NCBI GenBank assembly: GCA_017431515.1
Contig: JAFRKV010000028.1
Location: 17,004-81,003, forward strand
Source of the DNA: Lachnospiraceae bacterium
GTDB taxonomy: Bacteria; Bacillota; Clostridia; Lachnospirales; Lachnospiraceae
Direction: 5' to 3'
DNA length: 64,000 bases
Positions within the stretch are counted from its first letter, which is position 1, and every line of letters begins with the position of its first letter. Below are positions 34,789 to 42,526 of the stretch, in pieces. The notes below the pieces were generated by a model. That model was not told where the DNA came from, ran no database searches, and was given only the letters and a program-made list of their open reading frames with translations. The position numbers were made by a program, and so were the translations under genes.

Positions 34789-36693
34789 CTAATTCCAGAA
34801 ATCCTGCAGCCGGTCTTCGATGATCTGCAGTTCCGTCCGCTCCTCAAGCTCCTGCGCCACCTCTTCGGCCAGCTCCACCTTGTCCGTGATCACGCCGTCC
34901 AGATTGTCATCCAGAAAATCATAAAGCGCATCATGGGTATTCACCGTCCATACCACGATCCGTTTGCCTGCGTCATGGGCAAGTTGATACATGGCCTGCG
35001 TCGCCATCCCCTCTTCCACGATCAGCATATCGCAGTTCATATTCTGAAGGTTCCCTGTCCCCAGGAAAAAGAGCACGCCGGTATCCATTTCCGGATAAGT
35101 GCTTTCCACATAATCGATGAGATCGTATTTTAAGGAAATGATGGTGACCTGATCCTCCAGCCCTTTTTCCTTCACGATCCGTACCACATCATCCGCCATC
35201 TGTCGGTCTGCGGTGGCGCCCTTCAATTCCAGGAAATAGTGGATCCTGCCCGCGCCTCTGTCCAAAAACCCTTCCAGCGTGGGGATCCTCACATAGCCGC
35301 CGGTTTTTCTCGTATCCGGGATCCGCAGCGCCTGAATCTCTTCCAGCGTCATATTCTGCGATGCTTTGTTGACGCCCGCCATCCGCTTGAAGGTATCGTC
35401 ATGGTTGATAATGTAGTACCCGTCTTTTGTCCGCTGGATATCCGTTTCCGTACCGTAACAGTGATGCCGCACGGCTTCCGTTACGCCATCCGCGGAATTC
35501 TCCGATGCCAGATCACCGCCTCCGCGATGCGCCACCAGCGGCACCTGATACCGGTGTATCGACACATCAAACGACACCGCAATGAATACGGAAGCCAATA
35601 AGATGACTGCCGTGAACGCGATCAAACACACCAGCTTCGCGATGAAGCCGGCATTTTTTTGACGTGACAGCCACTCCATCCTGTCATCCGACTGTTCCGC
35701 ATGGTCAAACTGCAGGTACAGCTTCGTAAAATACAGCATCACAAAGGCAGAAAGCAGCAGCGAAAGCATGCTCTCCGCAAAACTCCCCGCCAGCACCGCC
35801 GTGGAACACCCCAGCCGGTATTGAAGGATGGCTTCCTTGTCATCCGTCATGTCCGCAAAGCCGTTTTCGAAATCCTCTGCAAAGAGATAGTCCATGTGAT
35901 TGTCCGGAAGAAGCTCCTCCTGGGCTTCCAGAGCGTTCGGTATGGCGTTCTGCAAGACCATGGAAACGGCATATCGGATGGCAAACACCGACACCAACAC
36001 GAGTCCCATCTGCACAATCAGCTTTTTCCAGTTTTTCTTTAATAAATGGATGGAGTATTTTTTTGCCTCTGACGGGGTCTTGCCGGAAAGCAGCACCCCA
36101 TGAATGGCGAACAGATAGAGAATACCGAAAATGACCAGCGCGGCGCAGCCTGCGATATAGAGGAACAAAAAGAACGGCTTGTTTCTCACCACGCTCATGA
36201 TAAAATTCGGGAGTTTGAAATTTTCCGTCGCCTCCACGGAAAACCCGATCCCCACCAGCGGCGCCCCGAAGAGCACATAGACCAGCAGGGAAATCCCCGC
36301 CGGATTCAAGAAACTGCGGATCTGTAAAAAGGCCTGTTTTAGCGCGGAAAAGAAGCCCGCCTTCTCTCCCCGCAGGATCGCGCCGCTGATCAGCACCTGG
36401 ACAAAAAGATCCAAAGCGATCACGGCCAGCCCCATCGCCAGGACGACCACCAGGATCACCGGCGCCTGCCAGCTCAGCAGCGCGCTTTTTAAATTAGCGG
36501 AGGTCAGCGCCGTGATCTTCGTGCCCAGCAGCGCGGAAAGGAGTTTCTCCACCCCGACCAAAAGCAGCGCCACCAGAAACGAGGTCAGTAGCCGTACCCA
36601 TAAAAGTTCCGGAACGGATTGCAGCACAAGGCGGGGAAAGCGGACAGCCTTTTGTTCTTTCGGTTTCTTTTCTTTCTGCTTCCTCATCGGCAT
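34789..36693 (-). CDS. Membrane-bound glycerophosphodiester phosphodiesterase family protein
   Basis: About 7 N-terminal TM spans. The C-terminal GDPD motif is VAHRGGG...ENS...ETDIQRTKDGYYIINHD. Confidence 0.82.
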   Translation of the reverse strand: MPMRKQKEKKPKEQKAVRFPRLVLQSVPELLWVRLLTSFLVALLLVGVEKLLSALLGTKITALTSANLKSALLSWQAPVILVVVLAMGLAVIALDLFVQVLISGAILRGEKAGFFSALKQAFLQIRSFLNPAGISLLVYVLFGAPLVGIGFSVEATENFKLPNFIMSVVRNKPFFLFLYIAGCAALVIFGILYLFAIHGVLLSGKTPSEAKKYSIHLLKKNWKKLIVQMGLVLVSVFAIRYAVSMVLQNAIPNALEAQEELLPDNHMDYLFAEDFENGFADMTDDKEAILQYRLGCSTAVLAGSFAESMLSLLLSAFVMLYFTKLYLQFDHAEQSDDRMEWLSRQKNAGFIAKLVCLIAFTAVILLASVFIAVSFDVSIHRYQVPLVAHRGGGDLASENSADGVTEAVRHHCYGTETDIQRTKDGYYIINHDDTFKRMAGVNKASQNMTLEEIQALRIPDTRKTGGYVRIPTLEGFLDRGAGRIHYFLELKGATADRQMADDVVRIVKEKGLEDQVTIISLKYDLIDYVESTYPEMDTGVLFFLGTGNLQNMNCDMLIVEEGMATQAMYQLAHDAGKRIVVWTVNTHDALYDFLDDNLDGVITDKVELAEEVAQELEERTELQIIEDRLQDFWN

Positions 36694-36695
36694 GG

Positions 36696-37838
36696 TCAGG
36701 CTTCCTCCGAAAGCGCCGCAAGTTTCTCTTCTTTATAAGCCGCAAACGTCCCGGCATCCAGTGCGTTACGGATCTCCTCCATGAGATGATTATAAAAATA
36801 CAGATTGTGCAGCACGCAGAACCGCAGCCCCAGCATTTCCTTCGCTTTCAGCAGATGCCGGATATAGGCGCGGGAGTATCCCGCCCTGCAGACGGGACAC
36901 CCGCAGTCCTCATCGATGGGACGCAGGTCCTTTTCGTATTTCTGATTGAACAGATTTTTCTTCCCGTGATTGGTATACACGTGTCCGTGACGGCCGTTTC
37001 TGGAAGGATAGACGCAGTCAAAAAAGTCGATGCCACGATCCACCGACTCCAGAATATTCGCCGGCGTCCCGACACCCATCAGATAGGTGGGCTTCTCCAG
37101 CGGAAGGTGCGGCACCGTCTCCTCCAGGATCCAGTACATCTGCTCATGGGTCTCCCCCACGGCAAGGCCTCCCACCGCATAGCCGTCCAGCTCCAGCTCT
37201 GAGATCCGTTTCGCGTGGTCGATCTGGATGTCCGGAAAAATCGCCCCCTGATTGATCCCGAACAGCATCTGCTCCCGGTTGATGGTATCCTCCTGCCGGT
37301 TCAGCCGTGCCATCTCGTCCTTGCAGCGATAAAGCCAACGGGTCGTCCGTGCCACGCTGTTTTCCACATAGCTCCGTTCCGCCAGCGCCGGCGGGCATTC
37401 GTCAAAGGCCATGGCAATGGTAGATGCCAGATTGGACTGGATCTGCATGCTCTCCTCCGGCCCCATGAAAATCTTATGACCGTCGATATGCGAACGGAAC
37501 GTCACGCCTTCTTCTTTAATGGAGCGGAGCCCCGTCAGGGAAAACACCTGAAATCCACCGGAATCAGTCAGGATCGGGCGATCCCAGTTCATAAAGGCGT
37601 GCAGACCGCCAAGCTGATGGATCAGCGCATCTCCGGTGCGCACATGCAAATGATAGGTGTTGGAAAGCTCCACCTGCGTGCCGATGGTTTTCAGATCCTC
37701 CGTGCTGACAGCGCCCTTAATGGCGGCCACCGTGCCGACGTTCATAAATACCGGCGTCTGGATATCCCCGTGCACCGTATGAAAGATGCCTCGTTTCGCC
37801 CGTCCCTCCTGTTTCAGAAGTGTATATCCCTGACTCAT
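36696..37838 (-). CDS. tgt: tRNA-guanosine(34) transglycosylase
   Basis: Motifs TPVFMNVGT and LTDSGGFQV, plus the zinc site CxC...C (CGCPVC). Confidence 0.96.
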   Translation of the reverse strand: MSQGYTLLKQEGRAKRGIFHTVHGDIQTPVFMNVGTVAAIKGAVSTEDLKTIGTQVELSNTYHLHVRTGDALIHQLGGLHAFMNWDRPILTDSGGFQVFSLTGLRSIKEEGVTFRSHIDGHKIFMGPEESMQIQSNLASTIAMAFDECPPALAERSYVENSVARTTRWLYRCKDEMARLNRQEDTINREQMLFGINQGAIFPDIQIDHAKRISELELDGYAVGGLAVGETHEQMYWILEETVPHLPLEKPTYLMGVGTPANILESVDRGIDFFDCVYPSRNGRHGHVYTNHGKKNLFNQKYEKDLRPIDEDCGCPVCRAGYSRAYIRHLLKAKEMLGLRFCVLHNLYFYNHLMEEIRNALDAGTFAAYKEEKLAALSEEA

Positions 37839-37859
37839 GATTGCTCCTGATTCCTCTTT

Positions 37860-38108
37860 CTATTTCTGTTCCTGCTTTCCAAGGGACAGATACTTGTCCA
37901 GATAGTCCCTCGTCATCGCGTCCTGCAGCTTCTGCGCGTCTTTTATCTTCTTGTTGGTCGCATTGGTCAACACCACGGGAACCCCTGCGCTGCCTTCCAC
38001 CAGGTACTTTTTCGTCAGGTATCCGTCTTTATATTTAGCAAAATCCTGCCGCAATGCGGACTCCGGCGCATTCTCTTTCGGCCGCTCTTCCTGCTCTGCT
38101 CTCTGCAT
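37860..38108 (-). CDS. Hypothetical small protein (weak call)
   Basis: 82-aa ORF 21 nt upstream of tgt and directly after a terminator. Only a weak SD (GGAAA) is present, and I recognise no family. Confidence 0.4.
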   Translation of the reverse strand: MQRAEQEERPKENAPESALRQDFAKYKDGYLTKKYLVEGSAGVPVVLTNATNKKIKDAQKLQDAMTRDYLDKYLSLGKQEQK

Positions 38109-38131
38109 TTTCCGATGTGGCAGAGTTTTTT

Positions 38132-38165
38132 ATAAAAAAAGCCCCGCCGCATGGATGGCAGGGCT
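38132..38165 (-). terminator. Terminator after the N/S/T-rich protein gene
   Basis: The stem AGCCCTGCC/GGCGGGGCT has one mismatch and is followed on the minus strand by TTTTTTTAT. Confidence 0.75.
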
Positions 38166-38239
38166 CTTATGATTTGTCCGCTCAGAAACCGTCTGTTGAG
38201 AGACCTCAAGGCCGGGAATGGATGTCTGCTCCGATTCCC

Positions 38240-39001
38240 TCAGGTCCATGAATTGAACATGGAGCCGTTCACATTGTAATAACTGTAATTGCCGGAGCCG
38301 CTGTAATTGCTGGCTTTGGTGATCTCGTTCTGCGCATAGTAATTGACCATGGAAGCCTTGGCGGAGACCTGATACCCGTAAGATCCGGTGGAATTGAACA
38401 GCGCCTTGACCGTACTCATATCCGCTTTCTTGAAGTCGTCCTCATCCAAGGTCAGCTTGTAGTCTGTCGCACTGACGGAAATCCCGATGGATGCAAGCAG
38501 TCCCTTATTCTCATCGGTCATGTTGATCATCCCGGCAGTGGCAGTGGCGATATTGTTGGTATTAGTGGAAACCGTATTCTCGATCATGGAATTGTAGGAA
38601 TCCACGAACCCCTTTACCGCTTTGTAGATCTTGTCTGTGTCGTACTTGTAGGAATCATATTCTTTGCCGCTGGAATCCTTGGTCTTCTCCGTGGCAAACA
38701 CAGATTTCTTGCCTCCTGCAAGTAAGGTCGCCGCGCTCTCGGACAACTCCTTCGCGGAAGTCTGGATCCGTGTCAGCGACTGGTTGGTGTCCTTCCCGGA
38801 TGCGGTCTTCGTCCCGTCCGTGGAAGTGCTTTTCTTGGAAGCATCCGACGCATAGTACGCTTTCAGCGCTGTCTTGTAGCTTCCGTTCTTGAGGGACGCG
38901 TACTGGGAAAAGTCAATGCCATACATTCCGCTGTTGGTGTTATTGCTTGTCCCGAAAATCGCGCCGTACATGCTGTTGTTGAAACTGTTATTAACGTTCA
39001 T
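38240..39001 (-). CDS. N/S/T-rich hypothetical protein with FliD_C-like C-terminal segment
   Basis: 253 aa with SD AAGGAG 7 nt upstream. It has its own promoter and terminator. The C-terminal LLASIGISVSATDYKLTLDEDDFKKADMSTVKALF resembles the flagellar cap FliD C-terminal motif (a weak, recalled resemblance). Confidence 0.7.
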   Translation of the reverse strand: MNVNNSFNNSMYGAIFGTSNNTNSGMYGIDFSQYASLKNGSYKTALKAYYASDASKKSTSTDGTKTASGKDTNQSLTRIQTSAKELSESAATLLAGGKKSVFATEKTKDSSGKEYDSYKYDTDKIYKAVKGFVDSYNSMIENTVSTNTNNIATATAGMINMTDENKGLLASIGISVSATDYKLTLDEDDFKKADMSTVKALFNSTGSYGYQVSAKASMVNYYAQNEITKASNYSGSGNYSYYNVNGSMFNSWT

Positions 39002-39023
39002 ATCATCACTCCTTTGATGGTCT

Positions 39024-39043
39024 CATCGACATCCGTGTCGATG
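39024..39043 (-). promoter_or_regulatory. 5'-UTR hairpin presenting GGA in its loop (candidate CsrA site)
   Basis: The minus strand reads CATCGACA-CGGA-TGTCGATG. The core ACACGGAUGU resembles the CsrA consensus. A second GGA lies 22 nt downstream in the SD AAGGAG. Confidence 0.45.
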
Positions 39044-39070
39044 GCTAACAGTTGCTAATTACCTACCATT

Positions 39071-39099
39071 ATAATACTACGCAAGCCCGCAGTTTTCAA
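39071..39099 (-). promoter_or_regulatory. Sigma-A promoter (TTGAAA-17-TATTAT)
   Basis: The minus strand reads TTGAAAactgcgggcttgcgtagTATTATaat, about 70 nt upstream of ATG 39001. Confidence 0.6.
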
Positions 39100-39118
39100 G
39101 TGGTTTTTGTAATTCTGA

Positions 39119-40324
39119 TCATGGGTTTTTCGGTTTCTGGCTGAGGGTGGCTTCTCCGTCCGTGAATGTGGTCAGGCCGGGGACAAATTTCAGATCCAGC
39201 ACGAGGTAACCGGTGCTGTCTTCCTGAAGGCTGCCCTCCGCAATCTGTCGATTTCCGGCATCGCCCGCTTCAGAAAAAAGCGTCACCGTCACCGCATCGG
39301 TTCCGGGTTCTGCTTCCCAGGTGCCGCTCAAGATCCAGTTGTAGGAATCGTCATAAAGGCCAAAGGTGCCGTCATTTTCGATAGAAAGGATCGCTCCATT
39401 CAGAAACAGCCATTCGTCGGTCAGTTCCTTTTCGAGAGAAGCAGATCGACTGTCTCCGGACGAAGGCGGGCTTCCGGCAGTTGCTGTCGTTTCATATTTC
39501 CCTTTCAAGCTTCCGATGGGGATCCAGGAAAGCTGCTGGCATCGCGCTTCATAGTCATCCATCAGTTCTATAAACCTATCCTCAAATGCGCTAAGTTCCT
39601 CGGACTTCTCCGTATCATATATCCCGGTGGTGTTGTGATAATAACCGATCTCCCCGTCCGCCTTCTCCTCGGTGAAATAAAAATCATCCCATACGATTTC
39701 CGTCCCGTCTTTACACAGATGATTCTCTCCCATGAGGGTACTCATCGCGCCGTTCGAACCCAGATAATAGAAATGGCCGTCTCCCATCCATCTGTAATTG
39801 CTTCTGGCCCACCCTTCAAATACCGGGAACGGTTCGTCGTCTTTTACCGTATAGACTTCAAAGAAATAACTTTCAGGATGCGCCGTATCATAGACTTCAT
39901 CGCAGCCGATCAAAAGTTCCGGTACGCCGTCTCCGCTGACGTCCATCAGCACATAGCCCACCGCATCCATGAGGTCCCCATCACCCGGGTACATGATCTT
40001 TTCCACCAGCCCATCTGAAACATACCGATATTCTTTTTCATAGTCATATCCGTTCTCAATGACTTCCAGCACCTCTGCAAACACCGGTGCGTAAACGGCC
40101 TCGTAATCCGGCTCATCGGAGTCCGGCTGCGTCGTGTCCGCCTCCGTCGCCCCGCCGGAAGGAGAAGCCACCTTGTCTTCCGGGCTTTCCGCTACTGCCT
40201 CCGTCGCCGTCGGCGCTGCCGTATCCACCGCATTCCCGGCCGCACCCGCCCCGGCATTCCCGCATCCCGCAAGCGCTGCGCATCCCATCAAGCCAAATAA
40301 GACACCTATGAACTTATGCTTCAT
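39119..40324 (-). CDS. Hypothetical lipoprotein
   Basis: Lipobox ALAGC. Has an acidic Ala/Thr/Pro-rich linker. Its ATG overlaps the upstream ORF stop (ATGA). Confidence 0.75.
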   Translation of the reverse strand: MKHKFIGVLFGLMGCAALAGCGNAGAGAAGNAVDTAAPTATEAVAESPEDKVASPSGGATEADTTQPDSDEPDYEAVYAPVFAEVLEVIENGYDYEKEYRYVSDGLVEKIMYPGDGDLMDAVGYVLMDVSGDGVPELLIGCDEVYDTAHPESYFFEVYTVKDDEPFPVFEGWARSNYRWMGDGHFYYLGSNGAMSTLMGENHLCKDGTEIVWDDFYFTEEKADGEIGYYHNTTGIYDTEKSEELSAFEDRFIELMDDYEARCQQLSWIPIGSLKGKYETTATAGSPPSSGDSRSASLEKELTDEWLFLNGAILSIENDGTFGLYDDSYNWILSGTWEAEPGTDAVTVTLFSEAGDAGNRQIAEGSLQEDSTGYLVLDLKFVPGLTTFTDGEATLSQKPKNP

Positions 40325-40512
40325 CGCTTTCCTCCATTCTGAATCAGTTCTTCCACTGCCTCCCGTTTTTTGGAAGCCGTCGCGCTTGCCTTGGCAAACC
40401 CGAGCATAAAAGCGCTCTCTTTCGGATTTTTGAGCGTTGCTTTGACAACGTCCGCCACGACACGTTCGACGCCTTTTGTCATATATTCCTGGATATCAAA
40501 ATCTTTGTTCAT
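40321..40512 (-). pseudogene. Probable 5' remnant of a radical SAM gene (63 codons, ends before the CxxxCxxC core)
   Basis: MNKDFDIQEYMTKGVERVVADVVKATLKNPKESAFMLGFAKASATASKKRE matches my recollection of the ~60-aa N-terminal region that precedes HIPPFLIASIT..CNL.C.GC in a clostridial radical SAM family. Not searched. Confidence 0.4.
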
Positions 40513-41111
40513 CTCTTTCCCACGATCTCCCGAATTGTTTCCCAGTCGTAGACCCTGCGGTAATGATCATTCGGAAAGACAGCCTCCCGGTTCCAGGGGC
40601 GGTCGATCACCAGGACGTTGAGGTCCGGCAGATGATCAAAAAACTTGAAGGCCGAGGTGGAATCCTCGATCGCATAGTCAAAATGCATCTTCAGGTAATC
40701 CTCCAGTTCCAGGCTGAAGTCGCTGCCCTTCAGAAAATTTTCCCTGCCGTATTTATTCAGACAGAACAGTTTGACCCGCTCAAACCCGTGGGTGTCAAGC
40801 CACTGCCGGGATGCTTCAAACGCATTGAAAGGACGCCCGGTGATGACGGAAACCTGATGCCCCCTGTCGAGCCATTCATTGATCACCGAAGCGGCGCCCG
40901 GCGTCTCTTCGATGGACAGCAGCACCTCCGCTTCATGTCCTTTGACAAGGAGATTGTCATACTCCTCATCCGTCAATGCAAAGGACTTTTGCAGGTTAAA
41001 AAAGTTCATCTCCTCATAGGGAACCTGTTTCCCGTACATCTCAAAAACGAGCCGTGAAAACGCCTTTCCGGTCTCACAGAGACAGTCGTCAAAATCCACG
41101 TAAATTTGCAT
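40509..41111 (-). CDS. HAD superfamily 5'(3')-deoxyribonucleotidase-like protein
   Basis: 200 aa with the N-terminal nucleophile motif YVDFDDCLCET (DxDx). Confidence 0.72.
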   Translation of the reverse strand: MQIYVDFDDCLCETGKAFSRLVFEMYGKQVPYEEMNFFNLQKSFALTDEEYDNLLVKGHEAEVLLSIEETPGAASVINEWLDRGHQVSVITGRPFNAFEASRQWLDTHGFERVKLFCLNKYGRENFLKGSDFSLELEDYLKMHFDYAIEDSTSAFKFFDHLPDLNVLVIDRPWNREAVFPNDHYRRVYDWETIREIVGKR

Positions 41112-41131
41112 ATGTGTCCCTTCTTAGGCAA

Positions 41132-42196
41132 TCATTGTATCTTAATCACATCCGTGCCGACTTTTTCCTGAAATCTGACATCATGCTCCACCAGCAGCAT
41201 GGTTGGTTCATACTGCAGGATCAGCTTCTCGATCTGCATCCGGGAAAAAACGTCGATATAATTCAGCGGCTCGTCCCAGATATACAAATGCGCAGGCGTG
41301 ATCAGGCTTGCTGCGAGCAGCCCTTCTTTTTCTTCAATCTCCCTGTCAATGCGCTGCTCATAGGATTTGACCCGCGCCTGCATCTTCTTGGTCTTCGCGC
41401 CTATGAATGATCTGGACGAAATGCTTCTGTCATGCTCCCTGACGGGGTCAAAGCCGATCTTGGAATTCTCATTCTGATCTGCCCACCTGCTGTTTCTGTC
41501 TGCAGCCGCCTTCAGCTTGCTGATCTCCTTCAGATGCTTTTCGTTTTCTGCCAGCCGGAAGGCATCCTTCTTTTCCTTATTCTCCCACCAGCTGGAAAAA
41601 TTGCCCGTCTGCACCTCTATCGAAGACCGGTTCAGCACCAGCACATGATCACAGACGTGATCCAGCAGGTCTCTGTCATGGGACACCAGGATAAATCCTT
41701 TTTTTGAGGCAAGGTAGGCTTTGACAATGTCACGCGCGCTGCTGTCAAGATGGTTTGTGGGCTCATCCACCAAAAGGAACTCATTCTCCGCCGCAAATAA
41801 AACCGCAAGCATCACCCCGGCACGTTCCCCGAAACTCAGCGTTTCAAAGGGTCTGTACAGACATTCCGGATCCATCTGAAGTTCACTCATCTGGATCAGC
41901 GCCTGCCACAATTCGATCCTGGGTTTCCATTTTTCCAAAAGATCCACGGCGCACTGCTTCAACTCCGCTTCCGATACCGGATACGGAAAATAGTCAAAGC
42001 AGGTCCCTGTGGTGATGCTGCCGCGGTAGTCATATTTCCCCATGAAAAGTTGGAGCAGCGTGGTCTTTCCTTTTCCGTTCCTGCCGATGAGTCCCAGCTT
42101 CCAATTCGTATCAATGCTGAACGACACGTTCTGAAGCACATCGTCGGCGCTTCCATCATAAGAAAAAGTCAGGTCTGTCACTTGGATCTGTGCCAT
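41132..42196 (-). CDS. Lsa-type ABC-F protein with in-frame loss of most of NBD2 (probably non-functional)
   Basis: NBD1 has GRNGKGKTT, LSFGE (a degenerate LSGGE) and LLVDEPTNHLD. The linker ends at EEKEGLL and joins directly to AASLITPAHLYIWDEPLNYIDV (NBD2 Walker B). The total is 354 aa, against about 490-500 aa for the family. Confidence 0.8.
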   Translation of the reverse strand: MAQIQVTDLTFSYDGSADDVLQNVSFSIDTNWKLGLIGRNGKGKTTLLQLFMGKYDYRGSITTGTCFDYFPYPVSEAELKQCAVDLLEKWKPRIELWQALIQMSELQMDPECLYRPFETLSFGERAGVMLAVLFAAENEFLLVDEPTNHLDSSARDIVKAYLASKKGFILVSHDRDLLDHVCDHVLVLNRSSIEVQTGNFSSWWENKEKKDAFRLAENEKHLKEISKLKAAADRNSRWADQNENSKIGFDPVREHDRSISSRSFIGAKTKKMQARVKSYEQRIDREIEEKEGLLAASLITPAHLYIWDEPLNYIDVFSRMQIEKLILQYEPTMLLVEHDVRFQEKVGTDVIKIQ

Positions 42197-42229
42197 AGAT
42201 ATCTCTCCTCTCCGCCCCTTCCGGTGGCA

Positions 42230-42260
42230 CAAAAAAATCTGCTCCATACCGAAAGCAGAT
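42230..42260 (-). terminator. Leader attenuator/terminator 34 nt upstream of the ABC-F start codon
   Basis: The minus strand reads ATCTGCT-TTCGGTATGG-AGCAGAT followed by TTTTTTTG. Confidence 0.7.
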
Positions 42261-42424
42261 GACACGTACAAATGATCAATTCTTCATTTTCTCACCCATC
42301 CCCAAGCAGCATGCCTTTCCTTTTCCGTTCTTAAGGATATCACGTTTTGACAGGAAGCACAATCATGAACCTTACAAGCAGCCCATTCCGATACCTTTTT
42401 ATATTCGAAAATCGCTTAGAATCT

Positions 42425-42461
42425 CACACAAAAAACGCAGCGTAAGCTGCGTTTTTGTGTG
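42425..42461. terminator. Long palindromic bidirectional terminator
   Basis: CACACAAAAAACGCAGC-GTAA-GCTGCGTTTTTGTGTG. The T-runs lie within the stem arms on both strands. Confidence 0.8.
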
Positions 42462-42526
42462 GTTTCATTCTGAATGATAATTACAGGTTAGTACAACAGG
42501 AACTTTTGAAAATCAGCCTTTACGGG

